64,000 nt of DNA from an uncultured Gemmatimonadales bacterium (GTDB taxonomy: Bacteria; Gemmatimonadota; Gemmatimonadetes; Longimicrobiales; Longimicrobiaceae): assembly GCA_963716255.1 (NCBI GenBank), contig OY970303.1:3680001-3744000 (forward strand), given 5' to 3'. The position numbers were made by a program, and so were the translations under genes. Under the pieces are notes generated by a model. The model worked only from the letters and a program-made list of their open reading frames with translations. It did not search any database and was not told the DNA's origin. Of this stretch, positions 48,971-60,608 are shown in pieces. Position 1 is the first letter of the stretch. Each line of letters begins with the position of its first letter.

Positions 48971-49099
48971 GCGTGAGGGATTACGGCCCGAAGGGGCGAG
49001 ACCGCGCGGCTGTTTGCGCGGGCTCGACTCCGTTCCGCACGGTCGTTTCGTGCGTTACGGAGCCGAAGCCCGACCCCGGCGCCAGCCGGGGGCACGCCC
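48971..49099 (-). repeat. ~130-bp structured element, copy 12
   Basis: Reverse-complement consensus match. Confidence 0.95.
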
Positions 49100-49109
49100 G
49101 AGCCTGCTC

Positions 49110-49961
49110 CTACTGCTTCTTCAGCAAAATGATCCCGGTAACGGTACGCGCGGTGATCTCGGCGCCCCCGGAGCCGCTGGAGAAGCGCAGTGTGGACACC
49201 CCCGGTGAGCTCTCCTGGCGGGTGGGCCTGGGCCCCAGGGCGCTCTCGATCTGCCCGCCGCCCAGGCTGCTGAGGTCGAAGTCCGCGGCGATGCCGGCCG
49301 GCACGCGCAGCTCCACGATCCCGCTGGTGCTTTCCAGGTGCAGCGAGCCGTCGCGCGGGACGCTCCCGGAGAACACGGCCTTGCCCGAGGTGCTGCGGAG
49401 GGTGGCGCGGCGCAGCCCATGGCCGGTCACCTGCACGTCGCCGCTGACGCTGGACGCCTCCACGAACCCCCGCGCCCGCGGGACCCGCACGTCCCCGCTG
49501 ACCGTCCTGACGCGCAGCGTCTCGGTGGAGCCGGTCACGTCCACGTCGCCGCTGAGGCCTTCCACCGACACCATGCGAGGCGACCCCACGACGCGGAAGT
49601 CGCCGCTGGTGGACTCCAGGTCCAGCGCGCCGGTGACCCCCTCCACCCGGATGTCGCCGCCGCGCGTCTTCACCACCACCCGGCTCCCGGCGGGGACGTG
49701 GACCACCATCCAGCCCCCGCCCCGGGCGCGGACCGCCGTCACCCCGTGCTCCCGGACCACGCGCACCCGGGCGTCCTCGTCGTCGTCCCGCGCGGTGGTG
49801 GCCGACACCTCGCCGCGGCTCCATCCCACCACCCGCACCGTGCCGTCGGTGGCGCGCACCGCCACGGTCCCGCCCTGCGGGGCCTCGGTCCGGGTCTGCG
49901 CCCCCGTGTCCGGCGCCGCGCCCAGCAGGAGGGCGAGGGCGCACGCTGCGATCGCTTTCAT
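49110..49961 (-). CDS. DUF4097-family secreted protein
   Basis: Signal peptide; STSGD/TVSGD/SVSGD repeats. Confidence 0.85.
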   Translation of the reverse strand: MKAIAACALALLLGAAPDTGAQTRTEAPQGGTVAVRATDGTVRVVGWSRGEVSATTARDDDEDARVRVVREHGVTAVRARGGGWMVVHVPAGSRVVVKTRGGDIRVEGVTGALDLESTSGDFRVVGSPRMVSVEGLSGDVDVTGSTETLRVRTVSGDVRVPRARGFVEASSVSGDVQVTGHGLRRATLRSTSGKAVFSGSVPRDGSLHLESTSGIVELRVPAGIAADFDLSSLGGGQIESALGPRPTRQESSPGVSTLRFSSGSGGAEITARTVTGIILLKKQ

Positions 49962-49973
49962 CGGGCTCGTGCT

Positions 49974-50642
49974 TCAGGTTTGTGCCGACAGGCGCAGGGT
50001 GCGCTCCAGCACGTCGATCTTGTCGCGGTAGGTGGCGGCCAGCACGTTGGAAAGCTCCGCGTTCGCCGGGTCGCGGGCCAGCGCCGCGCGCGCGTCGCGG
50101 ATCGCCGCGTCGATCACGCGCAGGCTTTCCTCCACGGTGCGCACCGTTTCCGGGGCCAGGGCGGCCCGGTTCCCGGCCAGGAGCGCTTCCAGGTCGTCCG
50201 CCGTGCCCACGTACTCCGCTTCCGCCCGCGTGAACTCCACCCACTCCGCGCGCGGCCGCGCCGCGCCCCGGTCCGATGCGGCCACGCCCGTGGGCGCCGG
50301 GGCGCCGCGGTCGCGCACCAGCGCCGCGGTGATCCCGGAGGAGAGCGCCACCAGCAGCGCCGCCGCCGCGGCCAGCTCCCGGCGCGTCGTCCGCACCGTC
50401 CAGGCGGCGCGGGCCGGCCGCGCCGTGGTCGCCGCGCGCAGCGCCTCCCACAGCTCCGCCGGCGGGGCCACGGCACGGGGGAGGGCGGCCGCCCCGGCGA
50501 GCAGGGCGCGCAGCCCCTCCACCTCCGCGCGGCACGCCGCGCAGGCGGCCAGGTGCGCCTCCACCGCCGCCGCCGCGGGGGCGGACAGCAGGCCGTCCAC
50601 GTGGTCGTTGAGCCGTTCTTCCGTCGGGTGCTCGCTCGTCAT
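49974..50642 (-). CDS. Zinc-finger (zf-HC2) anti-sigma factor
   Basis: HPTEERLNDHVDG...VEAHLAACAAC; one TM; overlaps sigma stop. Confidence 0.88.
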   Translation of the reverse strand: MTSEHPTEERLNDHVDGLLSAPAAAAVEAHLAACAACRAEVEGLRALLAGAAALPRAVAPPAELWEALRAATTARPARAAWTVRTTRRELAAAAALLVALSSGITAALVRDRGAPAPTGVAASDRGAARPRAEWVEFTRAEAEYVGTADDLEALLAGNRAALAPETVRTVEESLRVIDAAIRDARAALARDPANAELSNVLAATYRDKIDVLERTLRLSAQT

Positions 50643-51256
50643 CGTCCGATCGCCTCGCGCAGAAGCCTCCGGGCCCGGTGGAGCTGCGCCTTGGTGGTGC
50701 CCACCGCGGTCCCGGTCATCCGCGCGATCTCCTCGTGCTTGTATCCTTCCACGTCGTGCAGGACGAACACCGCCCTGGCCCCGTCCGGGAGCGCCGCGAT
50801 GGCCCGCTCCAGCGCGATCCGCGTTTCCGGGCTCGCCGGCCGCCCCGCCCTTTCCAGCGTCTCCGGCGCCTCCACGCACTCCACCCGCGCCCGGCGCCGC
50901 CGGTCCGAGCGGATGGCGTTCAGGACCAGGTTCACGGCCATCTTCCGCAGCCACCCCGCCACCTCGCCGTCGCCGCGGAAGGAGCCCAGCTTCTTCCAGG
51001 CGCGCACGAACACGTCCTGCGTCAGCTCTCCGGCGCGCGACGCGTCGCCGGTCATGCGCAGGCACAGGGCGTAGACCCGGCCGGAGTTGTCCCGGTAGAT
51101 CCGCTCGAACGCCTGCGGATCCGGGCTCTCGGGGACGATGCGGAGGCCGGGGCTCACTCTCTCGGACGGCGGTGCCGGAGGGGCGGCGGTGTCTATGGTC
51201 GCGTGCGGGTGGGGGATCGGCGCTGCTCCCGGCTTCCAGGACACCGGGTGAGTCAA
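50639..51256 (-). CDS. ECF RNA polymerase sigma factor
   Basis: AFERIY, ELTQDVFVRAW, WLRKMAVN, VFVLHDVEGYKHEEIA, KAQLHRAR; start may lie downstream. Confidence 0.93.
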   Translation of the reverse strand: MTHPVSWKPGAAPIPHPHATIDTAAPPAPPSERVSPGLRIVPESPDPQAFERIYRDNSGRVYALCLRMTGDASRAGELTQDVFVRAWKKLGSFRGDGEVAGWLRKMAVNLVLNAIRSDRRRRARVECVEAPETLERAGRPASPETRIALERAIAALPDGARAVFVLHDVEGYKHEEIARMTGTAVGTTKAQLHRARRLLREAIGR

Positions 51257-51525
51257 TATGGTTTGAACGGATTTTGTCGGGGAGAGTTTCGTGGGGCTTC
51301 GTGTGGTGCTTCGTCAGGTGCGGCGGGCCGCTCCGGAGCCGGGCGGTACTGCTGCCCGTCTCCTGCGCGGGCTCCGGGAGCCACCGGAAACTGCCCCCGG
51401 TGTCTCCCTCCGCCGGGGTGAGCCTCGCCAAACCGCCGGCGAGTCTCCCCCCGAACCGATTCATGTGGATACCGCGGAACGGCAACGGCACCCGCCGTCC
51501 ACGCACCGCCGATGCAGGCTGTTCC

Positions 51526-53118
51526 CTATTCCCTGTTCCCTCCCGTCCTCCACCTCCCCGTCCGCGGCGGCTGCACCGGCTGGGGGAGGGACCGCAGGTA
51601 CGCAACCAGAGCGTCCAGGTCCACCACGCCCACGCGCGTCATGCGGGCCTGCTTCAGCACCACGTAGCCGTCGCCGCCGGTGGCCACGAACTCCGACGTG
51701 CCGATGGTCACCGTGTCCGCGTCGCGCACCGGCCGTCCGTCCGCCAGGCGGATCTCGCGGACGCGGGAGCCGAGCGGGGCGGAGGGGGCGTAGGTCACCG
51801 TCATCCCGGAGACGTGCGCGTCCGGGGCGGCGTCGCGCGCCAGCGCGTTCTCCAGGGCCGCGCGGAGCTGCGCCCCGGTCGCGGCCACCGTCACCAGCTC
51901 GTTCTGGAAGGGCTGCAGCTCGTACAGCGTGCCGTAGGTGATGGGCCCCGCGGGCATGGCGCGCCGGACCGAGCCGGTATTCACCAGGGCCACGCGCGCG
52001 CCGGTCCGGGCCCGGACGGCGTCGGCGACCAGGTTGCCCAGCGGGTACTCGGACCCCTCGCGCTCCATGGGCGCGGCGAAGCTCACCAGCACCCGCTCGC
52101 TCACCGGGCGCACCCGCGCCTCCCATTCCTCCACCACCCGGGCCACCGCCGTGTCCTGTGTCACCTCGTCGGCCCAGGCGGTGCGCACCTCCCGGCGCGT
52201 GGCGGCCGTCCGGCCGCCGCGGCGCTCCAGGTCGGTGACGCTGTACGCCACGCTGTACGACGCGGCCTCCGCCACCGCGATCCCGTTCGCTGTGGTCAGC
52301 ACCCGGTTGTGCGTGTGCCCGCCCACCAGCAGGTCCACCGGCTCGGTGATCTGCGCCGCCGCCTCCAGCAGCTCCCCCTCGCACCCCGTGGACTCCTGCT
52401 CCGGGGGCGCCCCCGGTCCGGGGGCCTCGCACGCAGCGCCCACGTGCAGCGTCACCACCACGAAGTCGGCGCCGGCCGCGCGTGCCTCCCGCGCGCTCCG
52501 GTCCACCGCCGGCCCGACCGCCCCGAAGTCCAGCCCCGCCACCCGGCCCGCCATCACCATCTGCGGCGTGTTCGGGAGCGCGGCTCCCACCACCGCCAGC
52601 CGCACGCCGCCGCGCTCCAGCATCGTCCAGGGGCGCAGCCACTCCGGCTGCCGCTGCGTTCCCGCCGCGTACACGTTGGCCGCGACCCAGGGGAAGCGGC
52701 TTTCCGCAATGCGCGCCCGGAGCGTGTCCTGCCCCCAGTCGAACTCGTGGTTCCCAGTGGCGGCGGCGTCGTAGCCGGCGGCGTTGTGCGCGGCGATCGT
52801 GGCGCGGCCCCAGCTCAGGTTGGAGATGGCCGTTCCCTGCATGTCGTCGCCGCCCGACAGGACGAAGGTGGGGCCGTCGAAGCGCGCCGCCGCGCTGTCG
52901 AAGTGCGCGGCGAGCACCGCCGATCCACCCACCGTCCGCCCGCCCGCCCACCCGGGGCGCTGCGGCGCGAGACGGCCGTGGAAGTCGTTGGTGTGCACGA
53001 TACGCACGCGCTTCACCGGCTCCGGCGCGGGAATGGCCGGCGGGGGCGGCGCGCACGCGGCGAGCACCAGGACGAGGGTGGCGGCGGGTCCGCCGGGGAA
53101 CGGTGTGCGCACGGTCAT
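51526..53118 (-). CDS. 5'-nucleotidase / metallophosphoesterase lipoprotein
   Basis: LAAC lipobox; HTNDFHG, GGDDMQG, GNHEFDWG, GGHTH, QPFQNEL, GGDGY. Confidence 0.93.
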   Translation of the reverse strand: MTVRTPFPGGPAATLVLVLAACAPPPPAIPAPEPVKRVRIVHTNDFHGRLAPQRPGWAGGRTVGGSAVLAAHFDSAAARFDGPTFVLSGGDDMQGTAISNLSWGRATIAAHNAAGYDAAATGNHEFDWGQDTLRARIAESRFPWVAANVYAAGTQRQPEWLRPWTMLERGGVRLAVVGAALPNTPQMVMAGRVAGLDFGAVGPAVDRSAREARAAGADFVVVTLHVGAACEAPGPGAPPEQESTGCEGELLEAAAQITEPVDLLVGGHTHNRVLTTANGIAVAEAASYSVAYSVTDLERRGGRTAATRREVRTAWADEVTQDTAVARVVEEWEARVRPVSERVLVSFAAPMEREGSEYPLGNLVADAVRARTGARVALVNTGSVRRAMPAGPITYGTLYELQPFQNELVTVAATGAQLRAALENALARDAAPDAHVSGMTVTYAPSAPLGSRVREIRLADGRPVRDADTVTIGTSEFVATGGDGYVVLKQARMTRVGVVDLDALVAYLRSLPQPVQPPRTGRWRTGGNRE

Positions 53119-53296
53119 GTCTCTGCCGGGTTGAGGGTCATGGCGGCGTCCGCAGGTCCCGGGCCGCGCCGCCCGGCCGCGCACGGCACCCGCAATGAGA
53201 ACCGATCGCTTGCAATCCGTCCCCGCTTCATGCACATTGTTTGCAGGTGTACGCTCCATTCCCTCCTCTTTTTTCTTTTTTCCTCCCGGAGAACGC

Positions 53297-53662
53297 ATGA
53301 CGCCTCCCCCCAAGCACGAGACGGTGGAAAAGGACGGGTACGTGCTCACCTTCTACCCTGGTTTCCTGAGCAAGGCATCCGTGCTGGTGGACGGAAAGGA
53401 CGACGTGCTGTACACGCAGCCCAAGCCGCACTCGATCATCGACCAGCCGGACGAGCCGCTCCCCCGCTTCGAGCTGCGCCTGGAGGGCGGGCCCAACCAG
53501 CGCAACATCACCCTGCACGTGGACGACCCGGAGCACGCCATCGCCGAGATCACGGTGCGGATGTATCCCCGGGGCTACAAGGCCGAGCGCGGCACGGCCC
53601 CCCCGCCCAACGAAGTCTTCACCGCGGTCAACGACGCCATCCTCTGTCCCCCCATGTGCTGA
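53297..53662 (+). CDS. Hypothetical protein (121 aa) ending in CPPMC
   Basis: GGAG RBS; strong codon bias; C-terminus VNDAILCPPMC. Confidence 0.82.
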   Translation: MTPPPKHETVEKDGYVLTFYPGFLSKASVLVDGKDDVLYTQPKPHSIIDQPDEPLPRFELRLEGGPNQRNITLHVDDPEHAIAEITVRMYPRGYKAERGTAPPPNEVFTAVNDAILCPPMC

Positions 53663-53707
53663 GCAATTCCCGGCATCCTCCGTCCGCGGGCCTCCCTCCC
53701 CGTCTCC

Positions 53708-54484
53708 ATGATCATCACCGCGCTCCTCCAGCTCCTCGTCCATGCGCTGATCCTCGCCTTTGGCGTCCTCGCCGTTGCGGTCGCGCGGGAAAAGGGCGGC
53801 ATGCCGCGCTTTCACCGCATGGCGTGGACGCTCGCCGCCGTGTTCTTTCTGTGGCGGGGGGTGCCGGGGGTGGCGCAGAGCCTCGCCGCGATCTGGGCGA
53901 TCGTCTCGGGGGAGGGGTCGCGGCCCTGGGCTCTGTTCCTGGAGTGGACCCCGGCCATGAACCACACCCGCACCCTGGTGTCGGTCGCCACCGGGTGGAC
54001 GCTGGCCGCGCTTCCCCTGCTGCGTGGGCAGCCCGTCCGCAGGCTGTGGATGTGGACGAGCCTCGCCTGCCTGGTGCTGGCCGGCACGGGGGCCTATACC
54101 GGCTGGCAGGAGGGGCCCACCAGTCCGCGCCACCTCGCCACCCTGACCGTGCTCGGCGCGGCAGAGATGGTAGGGATGCTGGCGGCGCTCACGGTGGGGC
54201 TCTTCGTGCGCACCCTGGACCGGTACCTGTGGCTGATCCTGTCCATCTACGCCGTGCACGTGGCCCTCAACATCATCTGGTACTCGGCGTCGGTGGGGTT
54301 CTTTTACCCGGGTTCCTTCTTTCCGCCGCTGCGGGTGCGTCACCTGTACTCGGCGGCCTCGTACCTGGGCGGGTGCGTGCTCGCCTGGCACCGGCTTTCG
54401 CTGGCGCGGCGGGGGGTGCGGGTGGGGGGGCTGCTGGAGCTGGTCGGGACGGGGGGGGTGCCGGCGTCGCGGTCGCGTGCCTGA
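53708..54484 (+). CDS. Hypothetical 7-TM membrane protein
   Basis: Seven hydrophobic segments counted by eye; 45 nt after the CPPMC gene. Confidence 0.8.
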   Translation: MIITALLQLLVHALILAFGVLAVAVAREKGGMPRFHRMAWTLAAVFFLWRGVPGVAQSLAAIWAIVSGEGSRPWALFLEWTPAMNHTRTLVSVATGWTLAALPLLRGQPVRRLWMWTSLACLVLAGTGAYTGWQEGPTSPRHLATLTVLGAAEMVGMLAALTVGLFVRTLDRYLWLILSIYAVHVALNIIWYSASVGFFYPGSFFPPLRVRHLYSAASYLGGCVLAWHRLSLARRGVRVGGLLELVGTGGVPASRSRA

Positions 54485-54505
54485 GCCTGGACTGAACGGA
54501 TTTTA

Positions 54506-54561
54506 ACTGCGGGGTTGGGCGTGACCCCGGCGCCAGCCGGGGGCACGCCTAACCCCGCAGT
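54506..54561. repeat. Palindromic fusion of two element 5' ends (copy 13)
   Basis: ACTGCGGGGTTGGGCGTGACCCCGGC-GCCA-GCCGGGGGCACGCCTAACCCCGCAGT. Confidence 0.88.
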
Positions 54562-54600
54562 ACCCGTAAGCCGTTCCGCCCGACCTCGAAACCATCTCCG

Positions 54601-56190
<1,590 letters not shown>

Positions 56191-56325
56191 CTCGCCTGCC
56201 TCCCTCGAAAGTCGAACGCCCCGACAGCAGGGGCCGCGGGGCGTCGGGTGCTGCCGACCAGCCGTGAAATATAACGGGATGCCGGGTCTGGCTCAATCCT
56301 GTAGAGGGATGTACCGGCCGGGGTT

Positions 56326-56453
56326 GGGCGTGCCCCCGGCTGCGCCGGGGTCGGGCTTCGGCTCCGTAAGCCCGCAAACAACGCGGGCCAACGGAGTCGA
56401 GCCCGCGCAAACAGCCGCGCGGTCTCGCCCCTTCGGGCCGAAATCCCTCACGC
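56326..56453 (+). repeat. ~130-bp structured element, copy 14
   Basis: Consensus match; inner stem GCCCGC-AAACAAC-GCGGGC. Confidence 0.95.
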
Positions 56454-56484
56454 GGCTCCGCGCCGGCGAGTGTCGCCCGTCTCG

Positions 56485-58686
<2,202 letters not shown>

Positions 58687-58689
58687 CTT

Positions 58690-59880
58690 TCAGCGGAGCC
58701 GCTCCAGCAGTCGGGCGAGCGAGTCCGCCGGCAGCGGGGCGCTCCCGGTGACGACGATCGTGCCCACCTGGCGGACCATGCGGACGTGGGCGGTAGGCGC
58801 CTCGTCCCAGGCATCGGGGACAACCGCGCTGTCTCCGGATTCCCCCCTTTCCCTCGCCCGGTCGGGTACCTGCACCAGCGAGAGGAGGCCGCCCCCCTCG
58901 AGCCGCTGCCGCACCCGCACCGCCGCCCGCCCTTCCCATCTCCCCGCCTGCACCGAGATCAGCGGGAGGCCGCGGACCCGCAGCGGCTCCCGTCCCAGCA
59001 GGCGCCGCGCGACTTCCGGGCGGACGCTGAACCACCCGTCCGCGTCCGGCCCCACGGCCCCCGCGAGCACTTCCTCCAGGGTGGGCGTGCCGGTGACCAC
59101 CAGTCCCTCCAGGGCGAGCGTCCCACCGAAATTCGGCGCGGGCAGGTCCGCGGAGTCCGCCCCAGGGGCCGAGGGTACGCGGGCGGCGACCCGCTCCGCG
59201 CGCCGCCGGGAAGACGCGGCCTCGCCGCTGGCCGCCGGGGCGGCGGCGGGCGGAGCGGCCTGGGTCACGGCGATCGGGGGCGGAGCGGCGTCCGCGGCCG
59301 CCACGGGCGGGGGGGGCGGCGGGACGGGCATCGCCTCCAGCGCCGTGACGTCGGCGGCTACCGGCGCGGGAGCATCGGGGCGCGCCGCCACCTGCGGAAG
59401 GGCGCGCGGCCCCGCTTTGCGCGCGGGCGCGGCGTCCGCCAGGGGTGCGGGCACGACCCCCGTCGTGCCCGCGGGCGCTGTCGCCGCGGGGGGCATGGGG
59501 ACCGCGGGGGAAGGGGCGCGGCGCGGCGCGGCCGCCGTGCGCGCGGACGGCTCCCCCGGGTCCGGGGCGCCGCGCGCGAGCCATCCCGCCCCCAGCGCGA
59601 GCACCAGGCTCGCGGCCCAGGCCAGCATCCTCGTCCGGGACCGCCGCGCGGGGACGCGCCCGGCCAGCGACTCGAAGGGCGGGACCTCCACTCCCACGGG
59701 GCCGCCGCCCCGCAGGAGGGCGTCCGCGCGGTCGCGGAGCTCGCGCGCCTCCCCCAGCCGCGTCCGGCACTCTGCGCACCCGTCCAGGTGGCGGCGGACC
59801 TCCTCCGCGCGGGCGGGGCCGAGAGCGGCCCGCTCCCCGTCCAGCCAGGCGTGCAGGAGCCCCTCATCCACGTGCTGCAT
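58690..59880 (-). CDS. zf-HC2 anti-sigma factor
   Basis: HVDEGLLHAWLDGE...HLDGCAEC; TM LAWAASLVLALGAGW; Pro/Ala-rich linker. Confidence 0.85.
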   Translation of the reverse strand: MQHVDEGLLHAWLDGERAALGPARAEEVRRHLDGCAECRTRLGEARELRDRADALLRGGGPVGVEVPPFESLAGRVPARRSRTRMLAWAASLVLALGAGWLARGAPDPGEPSARTAAAPRRAPSPAVPMPPAATAPAGTTGVVPAPLADAAPARKAGPRALPQVAARPDAPAPVAADVTALEAMPVPPPPPPVAAADAAPPPIAVTQAAPPAAAPAASGEAASSRRRAERVAARVPSAPGADSADLPAPNFGGTLALEGLVVTGTPTLEEVLAGAVGPDADGWFSVRPEVARRLLGREPLRVRGLPLISVQAGRWEGRAAVRVRQRLEGGGLLSLVQVPDRARERGESGDSAVVPDAWDEAPTAHVRMVRQVGTIVVTGSAPLPADSLARLLERLR

Positions 59881-60373
59881 GCTTCTCCTCCAGGGCGAGG
59901 TGTGCCTCCACCAGCCTTCTGCGCGCGCGGGCGAGGGTAGTGCCGACCGCTCCCGCCGAGAGCCCGGTCTCCAGGGCGATCTCGGGATAGCTCATCCCGG
60001 CGTCCCACAGCAGCAGGACCTCCCGGTCGCGCCCGCTCAGCCGCTCCAGCGCCAGCCGCAGCCGCTCGGACTGCTCCCGCGCCTCCATCTCCGCAGAGGC
60101 GGTGGGCGCGTCGGCCTCGGCCTGCTCGGCCTCGGTGCGCAGGAGGGTGAGGTGGCGCTTGCGGCGCACCACCAGCCGCGCCTCGTCGTGGGCCAGGTTG
60201 GAGGCCACCCGGAAGAGCCATGCGCGCGGGTTGTCGGGCTCCTGGCTGAGGGCGCGCGCGAAGGTCTCCTGCGCCAGGTCGCGCGCGCGCTCCTCGTCCC
60301 ACACCTTGCGGTGGAGGAAGCGGACCAGCTCCAGGAACGTCGCCCGGTACACGTCCGCCCAGTCGACGCTCAT
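59864..60373 (-). CDS. ECF RNA polymerase sigma factor
   Basis: DLAQETF, WLFRVASN, GMSYPEIA, VGTTLARARRRL. Confidence 0.93.
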   Translation of the reverse strand: MSVDWADVYRATFLELVRFLHRKVWDEERARDLAQETFARALSQEPDNPRAWLFRVASNLAHDEARLVVRRKRHLTLLRTEAEQAEADAPTASAEMEAREQSERLRLALERLSGRDREVLLLWDAGMSYPEIALETGLSAGAVGTTLARARRRLVEAHLALEEKHAARG

Positions 60374-60608
60374 CCCGCCGCCTCCGGCCTCGCCGCGGCC
60401 TGCCTCATCTCTCCCCCCGGGTCCGGACCCGCGCCGCCCCGCCGCCCGGCGCGGGCGGGCTCGCGGCGCCTCTGTTCCTTGTGACGAGCGAGCGCGCCCC
60501 GCTTGCACACCGGCCCCGCCGCGGGGGGAGGTGTGCAGGATCCCGCCGCCGGTTCGTCATCCTGTACGAGCGGGACATCGACGGACCTTTCGGACAGGGG
60601 GAGGACGC

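Noticed and set aside
51519..51544. Heptamer run TGTTCCC-TATTCCC-TGTTCCC at the 5'-nucleotidase stop
   Set aside because: Only three units; may belong to a short tandem repeat family but too short to support here
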